A stretch of DNA of 64,000 nt, taken from positions 12,889,234 to 12,953,233 of the forward strand of contig NC_068987.1 of NCBI RefSeq assembly GCF_001194135.2, read 5' to 3'. A program made the translations under genes and the position numbers. Under the pieces are notes generated by a model. The model worked only from the letters and a program-made list of their open reading frames with translations, was not told the DNA's origin and searched no databases. Source of the DNA: Octopus bimaculoides (lineage: Eukaryota). Position 1 is the first letter of the stretch, and each line of letters begins with the position of its first letter. Positions 13,060 through 25,192 of the stretch are shown piece by piece.

Positions 13060-13310
13060 TCCCTTTCTCCCCACCTACACTCCACAAATATACTTTCCTC
13101 TTGTCCCTCTTCATATCCTCTTCCTACGCAAACGCTTCTCCTGTCTTTACATTACTCCACCGACCTTTGGACACCCTGCCAAGAACTATATACCAAATCC
13201 GGAAGATCTAAATAAGAAGACACCTGATGAAGGCTTGGAGGGTATATCAGTCGAAACGTTGTGTTAACAACAAACAAGATGAGCAAATATCCGTCAAATG
13301 TATATAATGT
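13060..13310 (+). mobile_element. Penelope-like terminal-repeat-type fragment with hammerhead motif
   Basis: Pyrimidine-rich leader followed by a minimal hammerhead. Such motifs are characteristic of Penelope-like terminal repeats. Boundaries are approximate. Confidence 0.55.
13219..13265 (+). ncRNA. Minimal type I hammerhead ribozyme
   Basis: Stem I GACAC/GTGTT, CTGATGA (13224-13230), extra A, stem II GGCT(T)G/CAGTC, GAAAC-GTT with loopless palindromic stem III (AACGTT). Confidence 0.8.
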
Positions 13311-13891
13311 AATTTATTATTTATTGATTTCCTATGTCTTTTACTTATTATTATATGTAGGCAGCATACCTGAAACAACCCCGGATCAGGAGTAGGAATG
13401 GTCTAGACAGTAAAAGGATATTGTTGCTCATATAGCTATTATATATTTAACCCACGCCTTCCGCCCGTATATAGGAATGAACCACTAAATATTATAACTA
13501 TCCCAATTCTATTTCTAAATTCTAGTCGGTCGAAAGTTTCCCAGAGCAACAGTATGTAGTATGAATTGATATATCACCGTTTTCTCCCTTTCTCCTTTTT
13601 CTTAGTCTATTTACTTTCATTTTTCTTTACTTTTTCCGCTCTGATGAAGTTCTGCTATTCAAATTGGTATAACTAATTACTTACAATAATAACTACTATT
13701 AAGCCTGGGAATCGCGCTAACAGAAACAGCTGTAAGTTGAGATTCTGTCTTTTTGTAATTAATTAATAAATGATGATTGGTGTAATTCAACTTGTTATTC
13801 ATTAATTTTATCTCCATTTTCTGATATGTTATCATATCATATATTATATACAGAAATATTTTGTGCAATAAAATATATAATAATAACAAAT

Positions 13892-14137
13892 AAATGCGCC
13901 CTTTTAAAGCCTAGCTAGGCTAATGGGCCCGGTTTCAATGGCGTATGTGTTCTCCAGCTGGACGGGACGCCAGTCCATCGCAGAGTTACTCATTTTTGCC
14001 AGCTGAGTGGACTGGAGCAACGTAAAATGAAGCGTTTTGCTCAAGAACACAACGCATCGCCTCGTTTAGGAATCGAAACCACTACACTCTTACGATCATG
14101 GTGCTGACACCCTAACCACTAGGCCACGCGCCTCCAC
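13892..14137 (-). mobile_element. tRNA-derived SINE, body C plus tail Y
   Basis: Same head and body as 9-324, but the tail is ctgcgatggactggcgtcccgtccagctgg...catacgccattgaaaccgggccc...ctttaaaagggcgca, as at 40179-40416. Confidence 0.85.
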
Positions 14138-14230
14138 TGATAAATGGATACTAAATTAATAATTATATATAAATATATATATATATATAAACATTATATA
14201 ATTATATATATAAACATTATATAATTATAT

Positions 14231-14380
14231 AAGGGAACAGGAAAAAAAAACTCTGCTCCAGCATGTTGTAAGAATACGCCAAAAAACGTTATAAACCACT
14301 TTTAGCTCCTGCAAAAATATGGGAGGAGCTAAAGGTGGTTTATATCAACATGTTGAAGCAGGGTTTTTTCCTGTTCCCTT
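14231..14380. repeat. 150-bp foldback element in TA-rich sequence
   Basis: Arm aagggaacaggaaaaa...catgttg...tataaaccacttttagctcct is inverted on the other side of a 13-nt loop; tatataattatata flanks both ends. Confidence 0.8.
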
Positions 14381-15299
14381 ATATAATTATATAATTATAT
14401 ATATATAATTATTATTTTAGTATAATTTAACCACGGGATTTTATAGCATGTTGGCCACTTGATATTATCATTTACATGATTTTATTCTTGTTTATATAAA
14501 TAATATAATAAATATATAAGAATATAGCGAGATAAAATGTCATATAATATTTATATACATACATAAGTAAATATATGTGGGTATGTGCGTGTGTATGTAT
14601 GTATATCAAATATGTAAAATTGTAAACATTCCACTTGATATCCATATGTGTATATGTGCGTGTGTGTATGTCTGTACATATGTATGCTCGTATACAAACA
14701 CACACACACACACACACACACATACACATACGCCACTTACACAAACATATATAGACAGAAGATATACAAATATTATTAATGGGCGTAAAGTTTCATTCAT
14801 ACTTTCCGATGATTGATTTAACTTGGATTAAGCAGGTTTTTATTTATTTATCTATTATCTTATGTCTAAAAGTCAACTGATGCTAAATATATTACCAAAA
14901 CAACTTAGCAAACTTTTACAGCCAGTATACCTTCTAGAAAATATTTTTCACGCGAAATCTTCAAAGACCTTCAAATATTCATATAGACCTGAACTATTCT
15001 ATACATTAGCAGTAAGTTTTTTTAATGGCAAACATATGTTGCTTTCACTACATTCGGATATTCATGGAGTTAAAGCTCACTTTAACAACTAGGGGGAGTC
15101 GAAAGTTCGTTTAGAAAAATGTATATAAATACACACCTTGAAGATGTACAGGTATACAGGCGCATACGAATACTTACTTACAAACATACAAACACACACA
15201 CACACAGACACACACATAAGTATGTATGTATGCGTACTTACAACACAGTTATACATATATACATACCAATACATATCTATATATGCATGCGTACATATA

Positions 15300-15348
<49 letters not shown>

Positions 15349-15515
15349 TATATAATATAATATAGGATAAAATCTTTATAAGAATTTATCAAGTAGTCAG
15401 CGTGAAAAAAACCCATAAGGAAAAAAACTCATTGTTTTTTCCCCATAAATATATATAATTTATATAAGGGCATTAACTATATAGTAATGCCTCACGCTTA
15501 GAGGGACTAAATAAG

Positions 15516-15583
15516 TCAAAAACTACCAAAAAATAAGCAACATATTTACCGAAATATGTTGCTTATTTTTTGGTAGTTTTTGA
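15516..15583. repeat. Perfect 32-bp inverted repeat with 4-nt loop
   Basis: tcaaaaactaccaaaaaataagcaacatattt-accg-aaatatgttgcttattttttggtagtttttga. Confidence 0.95.
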
Positions 15584-15720
15584 ACGTCTAGATAGAATAG
15601 AGACAGCTGATGAAGGGATATTCCAAGGGGCTTTCCGTTTTCCTATGTGTTCGTTCCGTTGTCTGTAGTTTATTGTTCTAACGTCCTGTACCCTGATATG
15701 CATGTATATACACATGTAGA
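15552..15720 (+). mobile_element. Short repeat family E copy
   Basis: High similarity to 545-681. Confidence 0.6.
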
Positions 15721-17525
15721 TGTAAGTATGTACATATATGTGTGTATACATGTATATATATTCTTTGTATTATATATATATATACATATGTATATATATA
15801 CGTACTATATATATGCAAGTGTGTTTACATNNNNNNNNNNNNNNNNNNNNNNNNNNNNNNNNNNNNNNNNNNNNNNNNNNNNNNNNNNNNNNNNNNNNNN
15901 NNNNNNNNNNNNNNNNNNNNNNNNNNNNNNNNNNNNNNNNNNNNNNNNNNNNNNNNNNNNNNNNNNNNNNNNNNNNNNNNNNNNNNNNNNNNNNNNNNNN
16001 NNNNNNNNNNNNNNNNNNNNNNNNNNNNNNNNNNNNNNNNNNNNNNNNNNNNNNNNNNNNNNNNNNNNNNNNNNNNNNNNNNNNNNNNNNNNNNNNNNNN
16101 NNNNNNNNNNNNNNNNNNNNNNNNNNNNNNNNNNNNNNNNNNNNNNNNNNNNNNNNNNNNNNNNNNNNNNNNNNNNNNNNNNNNNNNNNNNNNNNNNNNN
16201 NNNNNNNNNNNNNNNNNNNNNNNNNNNNNNNNNNNNNNNNNNNNNNNNNNNNNNNNNNNNNNNNNNNNNNNNNNNNNNNNNNNNNNNNNNNNNNNNNNNN
16301 NNNNNNNNNNNNNNNNNNNNNNNNNNNNNNNNNNNNNNNNNNNNNNNNNNNNNNNNNNNNNNNNNNNNNNNNNNNNNNNNNNNNNNNNNNNNNNNNNNNN
16401 NNNNNNNNNNNNNNNNNNNNNNNNNNNNNNNNNNNNNNNNNNNNNNNNNNNNNNNNNNNNNNNNNNNNNNNNNNNNNNNNNNNNNNNNNNNNNNNNNNNN
16501 NNNNNNNNNNNNNNNNNNNNNNNNNNNNNNNNNNNNNNNNNNNNNNNNNNNNNNNNNNNNNNNNNNNNNNNNNNNNNNNNNNNNNNNNNNNNNNNNNNNN
16601 NNNNNNNNNNNNNNNNNNNNNNNNNNNNNNNNNNNNNNNNNNNNNNNNNNNNNNNNNNNNNNNNNNNNNNNATATATATATATATATATATAAATGTTTT
16701 TATTTTTCATTCTCTTTCGAAATTATCCCTATTTTTGTGGTATAGAGTTTTTTGCTACTCTTTCTCGCGGGTAGATGTCCTATTATAGGCATCTCTATAT
16801 TTTAAATGAATAATATATACGTAGTCTATTGACTAATTTTTTATTCTCGCTGGACCACTGGTGGTAAATTAAATTTTTAAAATTTATTTTGCTGCCCTAT
16901 GATTAATAATGATATATATATATACATATGTATATATATACGTACTATATATATGCAAGTGTGTTTACATTTATACACGTATCTGTGTGTTTCTTTGTTT
17001 ATTTATTTATGTAAGTTCTATGTACCATGGGAGATTCGATGAGGATAAGCGACGAGTCATAAAACTGTCAACAACGAAATATGAACTCAGCGCTGATTGT
17101 AAAAATCCCTCGACTACAACAACAATAAGTAGCTATGCCCTAGTAGAGACACATCGCGGGCGTATGACACTTCCTATCACCTCCTGTGTATCCATTATAC
17201 TTTAAGATGCCTGTTGGACGGTCTGTTCTTTTAATTAGAACGGTAAAGCAATTGCTCTTGGTATGTACGGGAAAGGTTCCCGTCTTACGGAGTCTTCAAC
17301 TACTTACGCATGAATTCAGGTGCAAGGGATTCAGCAGTTGATTGGATGAACAGTTGAATTCTCGTCATTGAAACAGACTAAGATCCACCCGTGTGTGTGT
17401 GTGTGTGTATGTGTGTGTGTGTGAAGACATATAATGGTAGCCTTGTGAATCTACAAATAAAGAATATTTATCCACCAATTGTGTACTTCATTCTTATTGT
17501 TCGATATTAAAGTGTGTGTGTACAT

Positions 17526-17583
<58 letters not shown>

Positions 17584-17656
17584 TCATGCATATATATACA
17601 CATACGCATGTATGTATGTATGTATGTATGTATGTATGTCATTATTCAGTTTAATT

Positions 17657-18030
17657 TCAAGATTTCTTGAAGCGTACCTCCACTGCGCCGTATTTCCTTC
17701 CTCTGGTGTAGTACGTCACTACGTTCTTAATTTCTCTGAGGCACCCCTCCACTGCCTCCACCGCTGCTATTTCCACCTTTTTTTTGTTGCAATTTTTCAA
17801 TGTTCTGTACACATTTGTTACCTTCTCTGTTCTTTCTGTTACTTCTTTGTGGGGCGTCAACCTCATGCTATCTCCCTCCTTTCTTAATAAATTATTGCAT
17901 TTTTTTGAAGTTTTTCTCCTGTAATTTAATTTCTGTACCTTGCTGTCCATCCGTTGACTGGCTTTTGCCAGTCACCGCAGCATAACTGCCCGCTTGCACT
18001 GGTGTACTTTCCATATTATTCACAACTTCA
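17657..18030 (-). pseudogene. Degenerate 5' end (ORF1) of a Tx1/L1-like LINE
   Basis: ATG at 18014 gives MESTPVQAGSYAAVTG, and a frameshifted part reads VYRTL...YYTRGRKYGAVEVRF. The SYAAV start and RRM-like strand are typical of Tx1-type ORF1. Confidence 0.5.
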
Positions 18031-18073
18031 CCGATAAATGGGGAAGAAAATTAATAAACGGAAACAACAATAG

Positions 18074-18460
18074 GCGTAGGAGTGGCTGTGTGGTAAGTAG
18101 CTTGCTTACCAACCACATGGTCCCGGGTTCAGTCCCACTGCGTGGCATCTTGGGCAAGTGTCTTCTACTATAGCCTCGGGCCGACCAATGCCTTGTGAGT
18201 GGATTTGGTAGACGGAAACTGAAAGAAGCCTGTCGTATATATGTATATATATATGTATGTTTGTATGTGTTTGTATGTCTGTGTTTNNNNNNNNNNNNNN
18301 NNNNNNNNNNNNNNNNNNNNNNNNNNNNNNNNNNNNNNNNNNNNNNNNNNNNNNNNNNNNNNNNNNNNNNNNNNNNNNNCCTGGGGTCGATTTGCTCGAC
18401 TAAAGGCGGTGCTCCAGCATGACCGCAGTCAAATGACTGAAACAAGTAAAAGAGTAACAA
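18074..18460 (+). mobile_element. SINE family B
   Basis: Head, CORE-like segment, internal microsatellite running into a gap, and 3' tail. Confidence 0.9.
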
Positions 18461-18589
18461 GTTCAACAGGTAACAACAATCCAACAAATAACAGCTAAAC
18501 AGAAACAGTATTCACACGGTGTGTATACACTTTCAACTCACTAACTCAAACAAAACACTAACGACGGCGTGCTAACGTTTCTTATTTCT

Positions 18590-18814
18590 TTATTATCCAC
18601 AAGGGGCTAAACATAGAGGAGACAAACAAGGAGAGACAATGGGATTAAGTCGATTACATCGACCCCAGTGCGTAACTGGTACTTAAGTTAACGACCCCGA
18701 AAGGATGACAGGCAAAGTCGACCTCGGCGGAATTTGAACTCAGAACGTAACGGCAGCCGAAATACCGCTAAGCATTACGCCCGGAGGTGCTAACGATTCT
18801 ACCAGCTTGCCGCC
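18590..18814 (-). mobile_element. SINE family A with tail A2
   Basis: Reverse complement ends ...tccttgtttgtctcctctatgtttagccccttgtgg. Confidence 0.85.
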
Positions 18815-19424
18815 TTCGTGATTTTAAATATTAAAACCCTCTTAGAATAATGGACAAATGCTCGGATGAAATGGGCGAATAGACGTTTGAATCCAACACT
18901 AAACTGAAATAGAAATAGCGTAATGTGATGAACCAGTGATGAAAACGGAGTAAAAAAATCAGCGAGACGATGTGTAGAGGAATATAATAAACTCCCTTAT
19001 AGTACGTTAGATATACGTGCAGAATCTTTATGCTTGGTGATAGTTTTGTTTAATTTCTTTATTAAGTTTGGATGTGGGTTTGAAACAGTTCTCATTTGTA
19101 AAATATTTTGTAAAAAAAATTCTCTTGGGTCACATTGTTGCAATAAATCATCAACCAGTACGTTTATAACACGCGATTCTTTCAATTTTCCAAATTAAGA
19201 ATCTTTTCTTTTCGTTCTTCTTATCACAATAAAAAAGAAAGAAACTTTAAAAAGTTTCAAAGGATCTGCGTAGACTCAACTTTGATATTTGGCTTAAAAT
19301 ATATGGCTTTATCATGAAAGAATACAGAGAGCAGCTATTTTAACGAGATTCCTTATTTATCTATGCAGTAAAAATAACGATTATGTTAAAGCTTCACACA
19401 ATTTAGGTGAAGAAGCAGTCAATT

Positions 19425-20140
19425 AATTCGACGCTAATATACATCGACCTCATTATTCAACTGGTACTTATTTCATCGACCCCGAAAGGATGCAACGCAA
19501 AGTCAACCTCGACAGAATTTGAACTCAACGTAAAGCGGGTTGAAATGCCGCTAAGCATTACATCCGACGCACTGACGATTCTTTTCTACTCTAGGCACAA
19601 GGCCCGAAATTTTGGGGGAAGGGCCAGTCGATAAGATCGACCTCAGTACGCAACTGGTTACTTAATTTATCGACCCCGAAAAGTCGACCTCGACGGAATT
19701 TGAACTCAGAAAGTAAAGACAGACGAAATACCGCTAAACATTTCGCCCGGCGTGCTGACGATTCTGCCAGCTTACCGCTCAAAAAATATGCTTTGCCTTT
19801 TCTTTTTCGTTTTTCTGTGATAGGCTCAAGAAATTTTAGGGGAGAAGACCAGTCCAGTGGATTNNNNNNNNNNNNNNNNNNNNNNNNNNNCGTCCTAATG
19901 GTCAACTGATAGTTATTTTATCCACCCGATTTGATGAAAGGCAAAGTCGACCTCGGCAGCATTTGAAAATTCCTTACTGATACAGGCAAAAGGCTTGAAA
20001 TCTATGGGAATGGGTTAGTCGATTGCATAGACCCCGAAAGGATGAAAGGCAAAATCGACCTTGGCGAAATTTGAACTCAGAGTATAAAGACGGACAAAAT
20101 GCTGCTAAGCATTTTATCCGGCGCGGTAACGATTCTGCCA
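19425..20140 (-). mobile_element. Head-to-tail cluster of about four SINE family A units
   Basis: Repeated tcgacc...ggtact...gaccccgaaa...gtcgacctcg...tttgaactca segments, all in the same orientation. Confidence 0.8.
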
Positions 20141-20176
20141 CCTCGATGCCTTAACAATAATATTATTTCTAAAGGT

Positions 20177-20215
20177 AACAGCGGCAGGAAGAGGAGCAGC
20201 AACAGCAGCAACAAC

Positions 20216-20258
<43 letters not shown>

Positions 20259-20302
20259 ATCGTGGTGATGGTGGTTGTGGTGATGGTAGTAGTAGCAGCA
20301 GC

Positions 20303-20352
<50 letters not shown>

Positions 20353-20422
20353 CAGCAGCAATGGCAGTAATCGTGGTGATCGTGGTGGTGGTGATAGTAG
20401 TGGTAGTAGTAGTAGTAGTAGT
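20177..20422. repeat. Compound trinucleotide repeat (AGT/AGC/GGT)n
   Basis: Direct reading; explains the poly-Ser, poly-Leu and poly-Tyr ORFs. Confidence 0.9.
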
Positions 20423-21464
20423 TTAGAATTCTCACAACTGTTTCAAGTACTGTTTTGTATTAAATTAATCAAGGTAAAGAATTTTATAGGCAAAAACGGT
20501 CTGGAAAGTTTCATACTTCGAAACGAGACGTACGAAGTACGCCCACTGAAGTAAAAGAAAGAAGAAAAAAAAACCTACCATCTACTTCTACCCCCCCCCC
20601 TTCCCCATCCTACCCATCTCGTCTAATGTATATAAAAGTAGCATTGTTGTAATTATATATATTTCTGTAAAAAAAACAAAAAACGTTCTATCTTGGTCAT
20701 AATCACTTTTATATCAAATTGAGTTTAATCTCAACTTTTAGACACTCGTAGATGATTTATTATGTGTAGCTTCTAACAATGATTGCCTTCGTCGTAATTG
20801 TTTTTTTTGTTTTTTTTTTTCTACGCGTGAAATNNNNNNNNNNNNNNNNNNNNNNNNNNNNNNNNNNNNNNNNNNNNNNNNNNNNNNNNNNNNNNNNNNN
20901 NNNNNNNNNNNNNNNNNNNNNNNNNNNNNNNNNNNNNNNNNNNNNNNNNNNNNNNNNNNNNNNNNNNNNNNNNNNNNNNNNNNNNNNNNNNNNNNNNNNN
21001 NNNNNNNNNNNNNNNNNNNNNNNNNNNNNNNNNNNNNNNNNNNNNNNNNNNNNNNNNNNNNNNNNNNNNNNNNNNNNNNNNNNNNNNNNNNNNNNNNNNN
21101 NNNNNNNNNNNNNNNNNNNNNNNNNNNNNNNNNNNNNNNNNNNNNNNNNNNNNNNNNNNNNNNNNNNNNNNNNNNNNNNNNNNNNNNNNNNNNNNNNNNN
21201 NNNNNNNNNNNNNNNNNNNNNNNNNNNNNNNNNNNNNNNNNNNNNNNNNNNNNNNNNNNTAAGTAATTTATTGACAAAACTGCAGTTAGTTTTATAAACA
21301 TTTCAGGGAGTACAGGCGATAAATATTTCAACTTCATGAAATTCTGTTTCACCAAGTATAAGTTTAAAATATAGAGCAGGAAAAAACATCGACATGTCGG
21401 CGGCATCCGATTGCTCGAATCGAAAAAAAAAAAAAATTATTAATTAATTAAAGGCACAGGCAAA

Positions 21465-21602
21465 GCAGTGTGGTAAGAAGTTTGCTTACCAACCACATGG
21501 TTCCGGGTTCAGCTATAGTTGAAGACACTTACCCAAGGTATCACACAGTGGGACTGAACCTGGAACCATGTGGTTGGGAAGCAAGCTTCTTACCACACAG
21601 CC
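21465..21602. mobile_element. Inverted pair of SINE family B heads
   Basis: 21465-21512 and 21554-21602 are reverse complements of each other. Confidence 0.8.
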
Positions 21603-21614
21603 TTTTTTGTTTTT

Positions 21615-21755
21615 AAGCCGAGTAGACTACAGCAACGTGAAAAATTCTTTTAGACCGAAAAATGTTTTGCTCAAGAACACAACACAACGTCCGGTAATCG
21701 AAACCATAATTTTGCGACTGTAACACCCGAACCACGAAGCCACGCGCCATCACTA
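21615..21755 (-). mobile_element. SINE body C, tail missing
   Basis: ttttgctcaagaacacaac...atcgaaacc...aaccacgaagccacgcgcc. Confidence 0.7.
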
Positions 21756-22118
21756 ATGTAGAGAAAATGGAATTTTAAATGAAATTTTCAAAAGTAATTT
21801 TTATGTTGAAGAAATTTAATTTGATTGCATTATCGTTTTCTCTATTATTCGGTGCATTTTTTTAAATGTAATAATTTGGTGACACTTGGTTTAAGAGCCA
21901 GTTTTATCGGCTTAGCCCGTCTGTAACGCTTTCACGTGATCAGTTGAAGGGAGAGGCGAAGAGTGAAAGAAAAAGGAGAGAGAAAAAGAGAGTAAGGCCA
22001 AGAGTGAGAGGGAAAGAGAGAGAGAAAGAGAGAGAGAGAGTGCTGTGCATTAGGTCTATAAAAAGTATAGTGCATAAAGTATATAAAGTGCATTAAGCAA
22101 CCATTGTATTCCAATTTC

Positions 22119-22722
22119 GGATCTTTTTTAAAACGGGGGCCACATTTTTCATTAACGAAACACTTTGAAACTTGGAACACTGGTAGAATGTGTCATATAA
22201 AACATCTTTTTCTCTTAGTCTTCTTTAAAAAAAAAGAAATCCATAACTTATTCCATGTTAAAGTTGTCGTATTTCTGTAATTTCAACCAATCACTGACGT
22301 CCATTCAGCCGATATACATTAAGTGCCGACTACATAAACAAACGATTCTGAAACAATTAACCCTAACTCTAACCCTAACCCTAACCCTAAGGTTAGGGTT
22401 AGGGTTAGGTTTAGGGTTAGGGTTAGGGTTAAAGCAAATTTAAAATGAAAAAAGCAAATAAAACGAAGGTATGGAGATTAAATACGCTTTACATCGCTTA
22501 ATCAGCCAAAGGAGTAAATATAAACAACTGAATACTTGTCAGTGATTGGTTGAAATTATCGAAATAAGACAATTTTTTACATGAAATAAATTCGAATACA
22601 AAAATATTTTTCTGTTCTATAACACAAAATAGAGAAGTATACGAAGTTTGAAAGTCTTTCGGTACCAAAAACACTACGTAAAACATTAATGAAAAATGTG
22701 GCCCCCGTTTTAAAATAGATCC
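22119..22722. mobile_element. Non-autonomous TIR DNA transposon (Merlin- or Mutator-like) with internal inverted repeats and central telomeric palindrome
   Basis: 39-bp TIR ggatctWttttaaaacgggggccacatttttcattaaYg; 8-bp TSD ccaatttc at 22111-22118 and 22723-22730; sub-terminal IR 22248-22308 / 22528-22589. Confidence 0.85.
22358..22431. repeat. (CCCTAA)5-GG-(TTAGGG)6 interstitial telomeric palindrome
   Basis: Direct reading, with one CTCTAA and one TTAGGT variant unit. Confidence 0.95.
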
Positions 22723-22858
22723 CCAATTTCCTTCAAGACACAACACAGGCTACGTTTTCAGGCTCTTTTGGATAAAGTTTTTTAAAAATAACCCAATAAG
22801 TTTACTATTGATTCCGTGAAATATTCACGGGTCCCGTTAGTTATTATCATTGCCATTA

Positions 22859-23500
22859 AGGCGCCGAACTCATAGAATCCTCAGCGTGTCGTAAAAATTG
22901 CTTTATGCTAATTGTTGTGGTTCTTTATATCCTGAGTTCAAATCCACCGATAACAACTTGGCTTTTCATCCGTCCAGGCTCAATAAAATGAAGTACTAGA
23001 ATCGATGGTATCGACCTCTTCTCCTGCTCTAATAAATGCTGGCATTGGTCCAAAATTTGAAACCGTTATTATCATTTTCATTAAGGCAGTGAGCTGACAG
23101 AACCGTTAGCGCACCCGGCATTTTGTCCGTCTGTACCTTCTGAGTTCAAATTCTGCTGAGGTCGACTGTGCCTCTCATCCTTTCGGGAATCAATAAAGTA
23201 AGTATCAGTTAAGTACTAGGGTCGATATGATCGACTATCAGTAACACCCTCCCACAAAATTTCAGGCCTTTTGCCTATTATTGAAACGATTATTTTTGTT
23301 GTCATTAATACGACGTACTGGCAGAATCGTCTGAGCGTTGGCAAAAGAGCTTTAAACTCTGAGTTCAGATGAAGCTACCGAGATGAAGCTTACCTTTCAA
23401 CTTGCTGGTGTCGGTGCAATAAAATACCAGTCAAGTACTAGAGTCGATAGCATCGGCTACTCCCGTCCCCTTCAAATTGTTTGCATTGCGCCTAAATAAG
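22859..23500 (+). mobile_element. Head-to-tail trimer of SINE family A
   Basis: Three diverged units starting near 22859, 23085 and 23315. Confidence 0.8.
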
Positions 23501-23871
23501 AATCTAACATTAACAGCGTCCTTGTATTGTTGACGACGATGTTGCTGATGTTACAATTGGCAGTGTTCCTTCTGAGACAGATTTTTATTGCAATGGTGCC
23601 AAATGTGAAGATATTTTAGCCTTCACCACACAGTCTATCAATCTTCTCTGTTGTAACAAGGTGCAATAAAAACTGGGAAATTGTTTACTGAACATTTTCC
23701 GTTTCAAACGTCAACCCTGACATTTAACAAACAGAAATTTTGTAAGTAACTACAATTCCATATATTAATAACATGCTAAACGCGTACCGAATTAGGTTTT
23801 TTTCATGTAGACACACACATTATATACATATATACATACATACACACACACACACACACATATATATACAC

Positions 23872-23904
<33 letters not shown>

Positions 23905-24079
23905 TGTATGTACATATTAACGAATTGGTTATGTTCATTCATATAGCGATGCAGCTTTAGATCTTACCTAGATCGTAAATATACACAAAGCAAAGTATCC
24001 AGGATTCACAAAGTGTCATGAAGTTGGATAACTCGATCGATAATATTTGCTTCGTTCATGATTGATTAACTGTAAGTTA

Positions 24080-24305
24080 TCATTCTGGCAGAGACGTTAA
24101 CACGCCGGGCGAAAATGCTTAGCAGCATTTCATATGTCTTTACGCTGTGCGTTCAAATTCCGCCGAGGTCGACTTTGTCTCTCATCCTTTCGAGGTCGAT
24201 GAAATAAGTTCTAGTTGAGTACTGAGATCACTGCAATCAACTTATCCTTCCCACTCCCCCACTCTCACGAACTTGCTGGCCTTTCGCCACAATTTGAAAC
24301 CAATT
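24080..24305 (+). mobile_element. SINE family A
   Basis: Matches the family consensus. Confidence 0.8.
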
Positions 24306-24409
24306 GTAATTTATCATTTGTTACATAATTAATAAATCAACAAATCTTAGCCAAGATATAGTTATTCTTTATGCAAGCAAAACAAAATGCTTCATCTGCC
24401 TTTTATTTT

Positions 24410-24620
24410 TTGGTTCTTTCATTCACAGGACGGCGGCCGTGTTGGGGGCACCCTCTGGAAAGGTTTAAGAGCTTAGTAGAACAAATTGACACTAGTACTT
24501 CTGTTAAACGTCCGGCACTTATTTTATCGAGCTCATTTTGCCGAAGCTTTAGGTTACAGAGACGCAAACTAACACTAGCTGTCAAGCTGTGGAGCGACAG
24601 ATGCAAACATACACACACAT
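24410..24620 (-). mobile_element. SINE family B-related 3' fragment
   Basis: cggccgtgttgggggcaccc...gaacaaattgac...gcttattttatcg...ttttgccgaagc. Confidence 0.6.
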
Positions 24621-24799
24621 ATAAACACATATAAACACATATAAATACATGCATATATACATAATATAACGACCCTCTATGTTTGTTTTCGTTCGGTTTT
24701 CTTGTATGTCTCCACTGTCCTGTTTTTGTTCCCAACTTTGACCCTCCATAAATCCCAAATTTTATTTTGGTACTTATGGGAGCAACTGTCTTCGAAGAC

Positions 24800-24960
24800 T
24801 CATATTGTTGTTCAATGCTCGAAATGAGGAGTAGATAGACAGCTGACAGCTGATGAAGGGTCATTCTTTGTGTTACTTGTCCTGTTTTCCATCTGTTTCT
24901 CTCGTTGTTTGTGCATTTCACGTTGTTTGCTGTTGGTGACGTCCTGTACCCATAAATGCA
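24800..24960 (+). mobile_element. Short repeat family E-like copy
   Basis: cagctgatgaagggtc...gtgttacttgtcc...tgacgtcctgtacccat followed by a TA tract. Confidence 0.55.
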
Positions 24961-24982
24961 TATGTATATATATATATATATA

Positions 24983-25031
<49 letters not shown>

Positions 25032-25192
25032 TATATATACATACATATACACACACAAGCATATATATGCATATATATAAATATATACACACACACACAT
25101 AGGTATATGTATGTGCATATATATATATATAAAAAAAAGAAGTTTGAAAACGCCACTATAAAAATAAATTTTAATTTATAATTTTCTCAGAG

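Noticed and set aside
13638-13665. CTGATGAAG motif
   Set aside because: No downstream GAAA or pairing stems.
20099-20554. Poly-Ser 151-aa ORF
   Set aside because: It is a SINE end fused to a trinucleotide repeat.
22358-22431. Ancient telomere-telomere chromosome fusion site
   Set aside because: The repeat order is opposite to a fusion, and the tract lies inside a TIR/TSD-bounded element.
23513-23668. Plus-strand Cys-rich 50-codon open frame
   Set aside because: Weak splice sites and adjacent low-complexity sequence; may be chance or element decay.
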